The translations under genes were made by a program, and so were the position numbers. The notes under the pieces were generated by a model. That model worked only from the letters and a program-made list of their open reading frames with translations. It made no database searches and had not been told where the DNA came from. A DNA stretch of 64,000 bases from Macrostomum lignano (Eukaryota): assembly GCA_002269645.1 (NCBI GenBank), contig NIVC01002163.1, forward strand, positions 124,001 through 188,000, read 5' to 3'. Below are positions 23,817 to 36,700 of the stretch, piece after piece. Numbering within the stretch: the first letter of the stretch is position 1; each line of letters starts with the position of its first letter.

Positions 23817-26800
23817 GCAGCATTGAGTTGGTTTAAGCGCGACTTTTTTATACTACTTAAAACAGTTGACTTAAAATCGGTGCTCGCTACTGAGTTCACC
23901 TGTGTGGAAATGTTGGCCTTTGATTTGAAGCAGTGGTTTTCGATAAATAGCGTTGGACTTTATTGCCTGGCCGTTGTAATAAAAAATCTGAAAAGTTGGT
24001 ATTAAAAAACGACTTTTGACATAACTTTACTGCGTTTTCCCTTGTTTCTTTACTTTACTTCTAGTACTGATAAAATTGTACATGTATAAAGGATTTTTAG
24101 AATACTAGAGAGCAAAGTAGTTATAAAGTTTTTGATGACTACATCAGCAGTAATTAAACGTTTTTTGTATTGCATTTTAAACATGTATGTATCTTACAAA
24201 CTTGGGAGGTTCACGCAATTCACGAGCGATTCCCATTGCCTTTAGGCACAGCATTTTTTGACCCAAAGAATACACATTTTGGCACTTTGCACAGATTAGT
24301 AAGGCACTTTGCTTTTGATTATTTATTCGGTTATGTATTACCCATAAAAATATCGAACTCAATGAGGGGCGCCATAAACCCGCTACTGTCTACTTTATGT
24401 AATAGTTTATGTAAGTATATATGCAAGAGAAATAAGAAAACCGACTTCAAAATAAGGTAAAATTGTACATGCCCAGTGCCGAAATACCTTTTAAATGGCA
24501 CGGCTCGGCTCATTGGTTTTATAAATCCATTTTATCGTTCTTAGCTGACTGTAACAATATGTATAATATAGATGATAAAATAGATTCATTAAACCAATGT
24601 GTCGAGCTGTGCCATAAATATTTATGATTTTTAGGTACAGGGCTATAAGAAAAGCAAAACAAACCAAGAGGTAAGTCCGCCTCCTACATGTATATCAATT
24701 AAAGGTAGTAACAATTTTTGTGTTAAGAAATCAAAACCTATCCGCGTTGTGTACTTTTCTATGCTAGATCTTCATTTTTGCACTGTGTCAACCCTATGCA
24801 TTTAAACGAAATGTACTGTGTATTAATGGTTGTTTGTTACTCAATTTAGCGGCTGCTGAAACTCGGAAAAAGGGATTGTATCTACCATGGTTGAATTGCC
24901 GGTTGTATTTGCAATAGAAGCTATGTAAAATACATTACAACTGCTTAATTTATCATACATGGGTAGATTATGCCTAATGGAAGAAAAAATACATTCTAAT
25001 TTGTTTTACATTTTTGCTATTGATTTGCATTGACGAATTCTTATTTGAAAATGTTACACTTGCAGCTTAATGTCGATCCAACGACTCTTAAGTTAATTTA
25101 TTTTGACTTACGAAAATTGCAGAAACAACTGTGTGATTATTACGTGTTATTCTGAAATGCATTGGAAGCCTGCTATTTATTTAAAGGCATGATATTCAGT
25201 TGATATTCATTTCTAATATGCTAATTGCCAACATGTTTTTGCCAAATATATCTGATAGGCCTTGTAATAGCCAGGATAGAATATTCGCATGGCAATTGTG
25301 AAACAAAAATTTGTGCACAAATTATTATGCACGTTTTTATTTTATAACTTTCTTTTAATGCCATAGCCCCCCTCCTAGTCTAGATCTATAGTCAAGATCA
25401 TAGCAAACCCCTACTAGAACAAATGCTATTAAAAAAGTTTGATTGCACCATGCGCTAGAACAAATCCTATCAAAAAAGTTTGCTTACACTGTGTGCTAGA
25501 AAAAAAGTTTGCTCATGCCGTATAGGCCCTAATGCAACTTTTTGAATAAAAATGCAAAAAGCAATAATTTTCTATTTTAAAAAATAGGCCTCAAAACTAT
25601 AATATAAAACTTAATTTGAATCTGTTTTATAAAAGGCAGTTGTTATTTGTCCGGTGACCAGACAAAAAGTGATATGGTTATTTGTCCAGTTACTGGATAA
25701 TGGCTATGCTTTCTCATTCATCTAGTTAATATCAGACGAATAGGCTTTTTATTATTTAAACAATTATTGAATTAAATTGATAATGCTTTTATAGAAGGCA
25801 GTTGTTATTCTTATGGTGAGTTGGTGACCATATAAATAACAAAATGGTTATTTTTATGGTTAACTCAAAAGACACTATGCAGGCCTATGGTCTTTACTTA
25901 ATGTAACCTTTTAAATAGCAAAACTTTTTTTTATGGTCACCATAGGTAAGAAGCAAAATGGCTATTTTTATGGTCATGTAGAAAAAATTTCTATTAAATT
26001 ACAAGGTAATAGTTAACAATTACCTAAGGTCACCCATGTTGTGGTAAGCTACCATGACAAAAACCATTAGAAGTTATCATCATTTTTATTATTTATTATT
26101 TTATAATAAAATGTTTTTTTATTTTTTAAATTTAACTATCATAGTATTTGCACAGTGTTAGCAAGTTTGTCACTTCATTTAGATGGTATTTGTTTTAAGT
26201 GTTAAATGTAAAAATAACGGTCTTGCTATTTATACAGTCACCGTAACAGTAACAACTGCCTTTATAGAAACTACAAGGATGAATATTCTTAGACTTCAAA
26301 GACTTCTTACTCCTATCTTGATTATTATGTTGTTATGCTAGTGTACATCTTATATACCAAATTATGCCAAATTGAATACACTGCTTTCTTATATGTACAC
26401 TAGTATACAACAAAATATTAATCAGTATACATGAAAAGTTCTAAAAAAATATAGAATATTTATCACAAAACAAATAGCAATTTAAACAGTTAGCAATTTA
26501 ACTCTTTATATACAATTTAAGTCTTTACAACAATGCAATATAATGTAAAAAAATTAAAAAGCCTTTAATATACAATAAAAAAAATTACATGCTTATTGAA
26601 GTTATTTTAGTCTTATTGAAAGTTTTGCTTTTAAGTGCAATAACTTTGTTTTACTAAAACAAATGCATTATTCAATATTTTCAAATAAAATCATGCAAGT
26701 TTTTTAACAAATCAAAGTTTTGCACTTAAACTTTTTAAAATTGCATAAGTTTGCCAGAAATATATATAAAAATGCACAATTTTGCTAGAAATGTGTTCAA

Positions 26801-29397
26801 AAATGCATTAAGTTTTGTCAATGCACACAGAATATGTCCAGGATTTAATATAAAAATTCAATCTTGGTTTGATAGCATCTTGAAAATAGACATTATTTCC
26901 AGGGCAAAATTTTTATATAAAATCCTAAATGCATTTTGTGTGATAACAAAAATTTGTGCAAAAGTTATTCATATGATTCTAATAAACTTGCGCAATCATA
27001 AAATTTGTATAGGTTTTATATAACTACAAAAATTGTTATTTCATTAAAAATCTTGCATATTATACTTGTTATATTTAAAACAAAGTTTAAGCATTAAAGA
27101 AAAAATCATAAAATTTATTTTTAATTTTAGTTAGATAAGGTTCATTTTTAGTATAAATATTTATTATTATATTTTATTGTAAAAAACTTAAAAGTTACAA
27201 ACAAAATTCAAATGTAAAAGACTTGCTCAAAAAGTTTTATGCAATATGTAACTTTCATTCAAAATTTCCATGCAAATATTCTATCTTGGCATTAGTTTCA
27301 ATTTAGCAAATATATATTAGGCCTATTATGCTTTTTTATAATTTTTAATTGCATTAAAAACATAGGCCTATAAAACTGCTAATATTGATCTTTCTCATTT
27401 TTGTTCCTTTTATATATTCTATATATCTTGGTCAAAGCAGGATAATATAGATTGTAGTTGCTTAACATTAGCACAGAGAAAATTACTCAAGCAATAACCC
27501 TATCTCATGCAACCTATACATTGCCTTGCATTTTGTTAACTAATTTGCTTGCTTGCTTGACTATAAAATATATTGTCTTGAATAATTTGCAATATAAAGA
27601 GAATTTTAAGATTATAAGTCTCATATTCATAATAAGGCCTTTGGAGGCCAGTGTGTTAAAAAGTCTTTCTGGCATATAAGCAGAAGATAATAAGAAAAAA
27701 CCTATTATATCTAGTTTCTAAACTATTAGAGTCATATTAGACATACTAGAAATTAAATGTTTTAATAGTTTGTACATAAAAAAAATCAAAAAATTGTTAG
27801 AGATACTACTTAAGCATTTTGAATAAGAAAAATTTTCTATCAAAGAAATGAGATATCTATAAAGGCATATACATAGTTTTAAATAGCAAGTATTACAATA
27901 TACAACATTAGCAAAAAACTTATGTTAGTATTATATAGCAATAAATAAAAGCTTGGGAAAGAAGACACAAGGAAAATTTTAAGCACTAGGATTAGTACTT
28001 ATTGTTAGTTTTTGTTTTTTATTAAGCTGGCATGTTATGTGATATATCTTTGAGGCTTTGTGGAGCTAAGACACACAAAGAAAACAAAAACTATGATTCT
28101 ATTCTAAGCCACTGACTGCCTGCACTTATATTTGTAGCTAAGTTGAAAGCTAAAGCAATGGTGGACTAATGCAAGAGTAAGATAGGAAATAAAAAATAAG
28201 CACTGATCAATTTGAAGTCTTAGATGAGCTTGTACATATATTAAAAACATACATTAAATCGCTTTTTTGCCACACTCCCCCACCTGGGATGAAGTGATAT
28301 CACTGGCATAGAGGAAAAGTTGAACAGCATGATATTTGCCTCAAAGCCAATAATTGAATTATTTGGTAGTTATGCATTTCTAGGATTTTTATATTCTTGG
28401 TTATTGTGCAAAATGGGTTTTAGCTCTTGCTTTGAGATCAGTGATTATTAGATTATGCAGTTGGTTTTTAAACAAGATTTTTAAATATACAAATACAAAA
28501 AACTAGTATAAAAAGGCCTTCCACAAATATATATAGCCCAATTGGAAAAATAATTGTCTTAGCAATGACATTCTACATATATGTATAAATCAATCAGTAT
28601 ATTTGTTATTTTTATATCTAATATTGAAATATGTTTATAATCTTCAAATTAAGAATTCTTTAAATTTAAATTACATAAAAGCCTATTAACACTAAAAGAA
28701 CAACATTAGACTGAATAAAGTAAAGTAAGATATGAAAATACTCTTGTTCCTATTTAATTTAGCACTTGGATCAAAGTTTTTTTATACATTTGTTCACTTG
28801 GTAAGAATGTTCTATCTATTTTATTTAGTCAAATGATTTGTTTTGGTATTAAGCTTCTTTTTAGGCTGAAATAAAAAAACAGAGCAATTGTACACCAACA
28901 ATGCCAAGCCTGAAATAAGAGGGTTTAAAAATTTAACACTACTTGCTCAGCAGTGCAGCTAGAATAAAATGCCCCCACCAATGGAGGGGTGGGCTCCCAC
29001 CTAACCAAAACAAGACAGAGTGTACACATGCAGCAGGGGGTGCACAGAATAGCATGCTTGGGCACTAAAGCCATCACATTTTTGCTTGGAAATCTGTAAA
29101 AAACATTAATTGAAACATACATCAATTAATGCATAATTGATCAATTCAAGAAGTCTCGACATGAGAATCAAGCAATGGTAGAATGAAATGATACCTCAAA
29201 TTAAAGTACATGGAACTGGAACTTAATAGCATCTAGCTTGAAAAAACTGGGTGTCAAAAAGTAAATTAGTCAATGACACACTATGCCACAAAAAACCTAT
29301 GACGCTACACATTAAACCTTATCTTGCCGCAAATGCAACAACCTTATGATGTCTAAAAATATGTTTTTTTCAATCTGCTTTCCAGCTAAGCGGCAAC

Positions 29398-29661
29398 ATG
29401 TCTGCAGGAGTGACAACTATCAACCCCAAGCCATTCCTTGCCAGTCTGACTGGCAAAGCTGTTGTTGTCAAATTGAAGTGGGGCATGGAATACAAAGGCT
29501 TTTTAGTGTCCGTTGATTCCTACATGAACCTGCAATTAGCTAACGCTGAGGAGTTTATTGATGGATGCCAGACAGGTCACCTGGGCGAGATGCTAATCCG
29601 CTGCAACAATGTCCTGTACATTCGGGCTGCCGACGAGGAAGAGGATATCGAAGCTGATTAA
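29398..29661 (+). CDS. SNRPF: Small nuclear ribonucleoprotein F (SmF), 87 aa
   Basis: [48 protein letters not shown]...[14 protein letters not shown]. Confidence 0.97.
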   Translation: MSAGVTTINPKPFLASLTGKAVVVKLKWGMEYKGFLVSVDSYMNLQLANAEEFIDGCQTGHLGEMLIRCNNVLYIRAADEEEDIEAD

Positions 29662-29664
29662 GTC

Positions 29665-29875
29665 GTAGCTTGTTATTTATTATTGTTTATCAAATCGGTG
29701 TGAATTGTAGCTTGTTATTTATTATTGTTTATCAAATCGGTGTGAATTGTAGCTTGTTATTTATTATTGTTTATCAAATCGGTGTGAATTGTAGCTTGTT
29801 ATTTATTATTGTTTATCAAATCGGTGTGAATTGTAGCTTGTTATTTATTATTGTTTATCAAATCGGTGTGAATTA
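29665..29875 (+). repeat. Five near-perfect 42-bp repeats immediately after the SmF stop codon
   Basis: gtagcttgttatttattattgtttatcaaatcggtgtgaatt x5. Confidence 0.95.
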
Positions 29876-30590
29876 GGCTATAATATACTGTTTTCAAATT
29901 CAAATTTGGTTTTTATTGGCTATTTGTTGCGAAGCTAGCTAATTATAATGCATTTTTGCGCTTAAAAAACCGGACTTACATAACATAAAACATTTTTCTA
30001 AGTGACTTGAAAGAACTAGGCGCGAGTTTGATCAGTGAATTGCCGATTTACTTACTATTTATGCTTATTGTACCGTTTTGTTCACCTGTTGCTTTGTAAT
30101 TATCTAAGTAAAACTATCATTCTTTTCTCACTCCAGTTTGCCACTATATTTGACTTCTTTATTTCAGTTTTCAATAGTTTTTTAGAAGGCTAGCTTGAAT
30201 TTAGTGAATTGAGTTTGTATTTTGGAAAGTAGGCAGTAGGACAGGGTGGCTTAGCAGTTAACTCCCGACTCGCCCCAGAGGCCCGTTGAAAACGTTACCT
30301 TGACAAGAATCGCTGAAGAGTCAAGTTGCAAACAACTCGTTAAGTTACGCAGATGCGCTTTAGACGCAGCTCAATGATTCTGCAGCGTCTTTGGAGTCGT
30401 TTTAGAGTCGTCTAGAGTCACTTTTTGTCTATTTTACCTGTGTCGCTTGCAACAAATCTGTGGGCGACTCAAGTACCTCTGGGACGCTTTTTGGCCTAGC
30501 GATCGCTTTCATCGGGAAGCAGCCAGGTTTGCAAAATCTTAGAGTAAATTTTGGAGAAGCTCGATATTATCTCATTGATGCCGTGTGAAG

Positions 30591-31543
30591 ATGCCCACAG
30601 ATAAAAAGGCGGCGGTTAAGAAGCCTGTCAAGAAGGGAGACTCGGCCACCAAGGCCAAGCGAGTGCCAGCCGTGCCCGAAACTGCGCTGAAGGGCAAAAA
30701 GGCCGCCATCGAAGCGCGGGCCAAGCGGCTTAGACTGAGCGTCCTGCGCCGTCGTAAGGAGCGCCAGAAGCGCATGGCGGTGTTTAAGAAGGCGGAGAAA
30801 TACCAGCTGCAGTACGAGAGCATGGCTAAGTCGGAGCTGCAGAAGGCCAGGCAGGCCAAGAAGCACAGCAATTTCTACGTGCCAGCCGAAGCCAAGGTGG
30901 CCTTCGTTGTGCGAATCCGCGGTATTAACGGTCTGCACCCGAAGCCGCGCAAGATATTACAGTTATTCCGGATGCGCCAGATCAACAACGGCGTGTTTTT
31001 GAAGCTCAACAAAGCTACTGTAAGTAGTATTTTTAGTCTAGATTTTTATTGAAGCGCCAGATTTGTTATTTGAGACGCTAATATATTTGACTGATTTGAT
31101 TTATAATTGACCTGTTCTACTATAAGTAGCCTTGTAAATAGAATAGGAAAAATAAATTTCTATTCTTGACATGCCATTGCCAGATCAACATGCTGCGCAT
31201 CATCGAGCCCTACATCATGTGGGGCTACCCGGACCTCAAGTCTGTCCGGTCCCTGCTCTACAAGCGCGGCTTTGGGCGCGTCAACGGCCAGCGAGTTCCC
31301 CTGACTGACAACAAGATCGTTGAGAAGGCGCTCGGCCGCAAGGGTGTGACGTGTATCGAGGACATGATCCACCAGATTTACACCTGCGGCCCCCGATTCA
31401 AGGCCGTCACCAACTTCCTGTGGGCCTTCAAGCTCAAGACGCCGCGCGGCGGTTTCCGCAAGAAGGCGAACCACTTCGTGGAGGGCGGCGACTTCGGCAA
31501 CCGGGAGTTCTACATTAACCGCATGCTGCGACGCATGGTCTGA
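30591..31543 (+). CDS. RPL7: 60S ribosomal protein L7 (uL30), 262 aa; exons 30591-31019 and 31184-31543
   Basis: [49 protein letters not shown]|[31 protein letters not shown]...GGDFGNRE; phase-0 GTAAGT...CAG intron. Confidence 0.97.
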
Positions 31544-33742
31544 TTGAGATTTAGAATGCTTCGATCGATCGAACTAAATGCTAGATACTTGCACACCCCC
31601 AAATCAGTTTGTGTCGTGAGAGGGCGGGAGACTGAGAGAATCGTGGGTTTAAACCTTTGTCGGGCGTTATTGCGTTAAGTTTAATATAATTATAGTATTC
31701 GTTCTTAGTCCTCTTCCTCTTCGACTTCTTCGCTTAGTGGTTTCCCTGGGAAAAATATCTATGGAAAAAAGCAACTCTCCCGCCGATCTCGCGACACTTG
31801 CGCGTTTTTTTGTAAAGTGCATTATCGCAACAGCGTGGGTTGTCGCCGATTTTGCACCGCAATCTGTTGTGTTTTTTCATTTCATCGGGTATATTGTGTC
31901 TAGCACTGTCTGCACTTGCCCAATGTGATGGAGAAACGAATAACAAATTTGAAAGAAAGACTGACTGACTGAATTGTGAACAGCGCATCTGTTTCTTGGC
32001 TTGGATAAAAAATACGCGCGTGGATTGTTTCAAAGACTTTGTTATTTTTTTTTAATTCAGCAAAGATAGAGTGAGCTAATCCAGCTTCCAGAGTCCCACA
32101 TCAAGGCAACCGCCCTCATCATTTCGTCCAACTAGCATCGAATCGAATTAGAAATTCGATATTTGATCGAAGGTTTCCGGTGCCAATACCTGACAGAAAA
32201 GAGAAGGAAGGAATGAGGAAGGCAAGGCGATTTAATGCAGTTAGTCTCCAAAGTTTCGTGTTTCCTATTTTAATCTTCTGTTGGAAGCTTTGAATTCAGA
32301 TTCTGCAGCAGGGTCGCTTTCTAGCTGGGAGATAATAAAACAGCGTACGTACTTGTCTCCTTGCCGCTTGTCAGATTGCAATACTCTGGCTGGAAACCAG
32401 CAATGCACTCGAGGGCGTGAGCGTTCATTTCATAAGCTCAAAACTGCAAGCCGTCGACTACAAAATATCGATAAAAATTCGATATCGTCTCCTTCAAATT
32501 AATCAGCAAAACAAGCCTCTAGCTTGTGAAGCAACCCGATCATTGAAGGCTGGCAAATCAGAAACCAAGGTCTAAGTGTCTAAATTTCAACACGAAGAAA
32601 AAGAAGATTCTCTTTACACATTTTCCAATCCTAAATCCCTGAAAGTTAAGCGCCGTCTATCATGCTTGACCAGAAGACCTTGACTTGATCTGAAGTCTTT
32701 CCCTGGAGCAGGACAAGCAACTCAGTATTCAAAAGTCAACTTCCCACTAGACAATTTATTGTGGCTTCAGTCTACAATCATGAATTTGTTAGAAGGAATG
32801 AACTGAATGGCCATCGTCATCCATAAATATCCCGCATGTCCACTTCCTAAGTCATTCCTGGTTGACTGGAAGTGCAAGGAAATGAGATGAAAAATCAAAG
32901 CACTACTGCTCAACCAAATTCGATTTACTTCCTGTTCGTTGGCCTTGGCCCATCGCCTCAGCATCATCCGTGCGCTGCCTTGATTGGCGGCAGGCAGTGT
33001 TAGCAAAAGTTCTTACGAATGAAAATTGGCTACCTTTATTGGGATTTCCTTCCTAGCTCGTAAATGATGTTTAAAGCAGCAATCTTCGATGGAAAATTTC
33101 GTCCATCTTAAAGTAGGAAATCCTCTTCATGGACTCGAGTAATTTCCTGGATCTGACTTGCGTGTAGAAAAAATCTGCATTAACTGTGCATGTGTTCATC
33201 ATCAACCAATCATTGTCACTCGCTGTCTCGATCATCGTCGTTCACTTTCTCAAGCGTGACTCATCACTCCCGTGTATCATCCTTACTCACTGCTTCAAGC
33301 ATCACCGTTCGAGACCCAATCAAGATCAGTCGCTTTCTCAAGCAGTGTTTTATCACTTTGGCTGTGTTCATTTGCAAATTCAATGGGAAACACTAGCAAG
33401 TACTGTTCATCATTTAACTGTGCTCATATTGACAATCTTAGTATTGCGTCATGCTTGTATTTTAAAGATACGATCAACAATAACAATTAATTAATAATGA
33501 GGTAATTATCGCATTGTCATTTCCTAGACTATGCAATACGAATTGGCGCTCTATGTGTAGAAAGCTGAATGTCAGTTCCGAATCAAAGTAAGAAAATTTG
33601 ATTTTCACTTGTAGTCGCGCATAGCGAAGTAAGTTTTAAAAGCGAGCTGTACAAGAGACCGAATTGAGAACTATGCGGTCTCAATATTGCAAAGAAAATT
33701 TTTATGCCGTTCCTACGCTGTACTTGTTAGACGAATTGTAAA

Positions 33743-36700
33743 TCAGTTATCTCGATTGGCTGATGCACCTGGCTGCAGCAGGGGCGTGTTAAATGGATTC
33801 TGTCGCTCCCAGACGACCATCGATTCAGAGTTTGTCTCTCCAGCTGTCTGCTGCTGTTGCTGAAAATCCACTCCCCTGTACTTGATCTCGTCCGACTCGT
33901 CGTTAAGTCGACAGTTAAGCTTCAACGTCTCGGATCCGTCTTCGACCTTCACCAGATCGCTGAAGACCACCTTGTGACTGGGCGACCTTTCGCAGGAGGA
34001 GGATTTCAATCGGCGCTGATGTTGCTGGTGCAGCTGGTGAAACATGGCGTGCTGCTGCTGCAGCTGCTGATGATGCCGCTGCTGATGTCCGGGTTCTGGG
34101 GAGACAGCTGTGGCGATTGCATCTGCGGAAGAATGTCGAGCCCTCGACGGTAAATTGCCGCCGTTAGAATCCGCCTTGAGCTGGTCTACTCTGGAGCCCA
34201 ACTGGTGCTGCGGCTGGTGCTGGACTGGCCGGTTGGTGCTACCGGCGGGCTCCTGGGATTGAAGAGGAGGGTTGAGTTACTGGACTGAATCGAGTCTATA
34301 CCGACTGCGTACTAAATTAGCTGGTTGCTTGCTTACCGTAGCCTGCAAATTGTTTGACTTTGGCTCCAATGGTTTTGTTTGAGGCGACTTTTCCTTCTGG
34401 TTTTGTTGCGGCTGCTGCTGCTGCTGGCTAGTTTCCTGCAGCATTGCTTCTGTGCAGGTAGCACTGGAAATTTGGAGCAAATGTGTAGGAAGGTTAGCTC
34501 TACTGATAAAATTGAGGGACATCGCTGATTGGCTGCAAGGATTTAGCATGGGTGGGAGTGTCTGCAAGTGGGACATCGCTGATTGGCTGATAGGATTTAG
34601 GATGAGTGGGGTGTCTGCAAGAGGGACATCGCTGATTGGCTGCAAGGATTTAGCATAGGGTGGAACAGTTCTCAGTGGCCCGAGGGGCGGTGAGAATTTA
34701 CAGTACATCCTGTCAGTATCAATCCTCACCGCTTAACCGTCTCCATAGCAACCTCCAGGCAGTTACTGCGCCTTTTCGCGTCCTCCAGCGCCTGGCGCGC
34801 CGAGTCCCGCAGCCTGGCATAGCTGTCAATCTGCGCCCGCCGCTGCTCGAGTCTCTCCTCAACGGCCAGCTCGATCTCCGAGTGCATCAGCGACTCGTGG
34901 CTGGCCAGCATGGTCTGTACGATCTTCAGCCTGGCCGAGACGCTCTCGATGAATTCCTTGGAATCGGTCGGTCCCCTCTCACCAGACAATAGTCCGGCCT
35001 CCAAGTTGGCGAGGAGGGCACTGATCTCCTTCTGCTGCTCAGTGAACTCCTTGTAGGCTTCCGATAGACCATCATCGTCGCTTAGCGACTCGACAAATTT
35101 TCCATTAGCGAGATCGTTGATGCGCTTCTGTGGTTGGTAGGGGGTCGCAGAATAGGATCACGTGCTAACCAGGCCGTTAGGGTCTCTGTGGCATCGCTGA
35201 TTGGCTGAGAGCTTTTCCGTGGGGTAAGAAAAATTAAGGGAGAGAGTTGGGCGGCAGTGCTGATTGGCTGCGCGCATGGGTTAAGGTGGATTGTCGGATT
35301 CTGGTTGGCTTTCGCGGGCAAGGCGGCGTAAAAAAAGCTGCTTACCTCGATGTCGACCCGAAAGGCGGCAAATTCAGCACCTAATCGGGCGGCGCTGTCG
35401 CGTGCTTCTCCAACGCCGGCGTCGACAGTCTGGCGACTGCGCGCCACCGCCTGCTGCAGGGCTCGCAGGCCGCAGATGAGGCCAGCGTTTTGCGGCGGCT
35501 GGTACGGCACCGCGGTCTCCGTGCTGGCGGCAGCTGAGGAGGCTAATAATGCAGTGTGGGTGAATATGGGCTTTAGTTTCTGAATTTCGATGGCATGATT
35601 CTTGTTGGCATTGTTCTTACAGAAGCGCGCAACTCCACGCGCAACTATTCTTCTTGCTTCTATTTAACCTTTTTCGGCACGCAATGCGCGCTCGCACTAC
35701 TCACGTCGAGTAGTTTTCGCCTCACCGCTCTTGGTAGAAAATGCGCTGTCCAGACTGCTCTCGCTTGGCGCGTGGCAGCCGCCGCTTTGAACAGCTGGTT
35801 GCTGAGGCTGCGCCATTGTCCAGCCGGCTGAAGACACAGGCGACGGGCCCTGTGAGTGCCGTTGCGGCGGCGGCGGCGGCGGCAGCTGATGTCGGTGCCC
35901 CGCCGGCGTTGCCTCGACTCGGGCGGCTGCAGAGAAGAGAATAATAAAGAGAGTTAAACACGGTTTGTAGTGAGCGTCATTCAAGCGCTAAATTATCGAT
36001 TATTTGCACTGGCTTATTTGCACTGCTAGAGCTATCCATGCTCCAGAGTAGTGAAGGTGAGCAGCAATCCAGGATTCCGGTTCCTCTGCCGCTGGATCGA
36101 TTGTCGCTGTTAGCTCCTCTCGCGTTGCTGTCAGCTCGCTCGCTCACTCACTCACGCATCACTCAGAGCAAATCTCCGTTCCGAGCGCTGTCTGCTGCGC
36201 GCCTTCTTCATTTCCCGGCAAGAGAGGAAGAAGACAGACAAGCAGGCCGCACTGGCTACTCAACAAGTCTTGGACACTTCTCCCCCCCCCCTCACAGTTG
36301 TTGGCATCTTAGCTTTCTCGTGTGCTGTGACTAATTTAGTGTAAAAATAAATCTTTTTCCATTCCCCGCTCGGGCCCGAGCAAATCCTGCGACCTCTTAT
36401 TCTCACCCTGGACGGTCTGGTCTTGCCGGGACGGAGACGGAATTCGCCTCTCTGACGATCTGCCCTTGTCGGGACTGAGAGGGAATTCCCCTGTCCATCT
36501 GCTCTTGCCGGGACTGAGAGGGAATTCCTTTGTCTATCTGCTCTTGTCGGGACTGAGAGGGAATTCCCCTGTCTATCTGCTCTTGCCGGGACTAAGAGGG
36601 AATTCCCCTGTCTATCTGCTCTTGTCGGGACTAAGAGGGAATTCCCCTGTCTATCTGCTCTTGTCGGGACTAAGAGGGAATTCCCCTGTCTATCTGCCCT

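Noticed and set aside
31020-31183. Intronic snoRNA in RPL7
   Set aside because: No C box (RUGAUGA) or convincing H/ACA boxes
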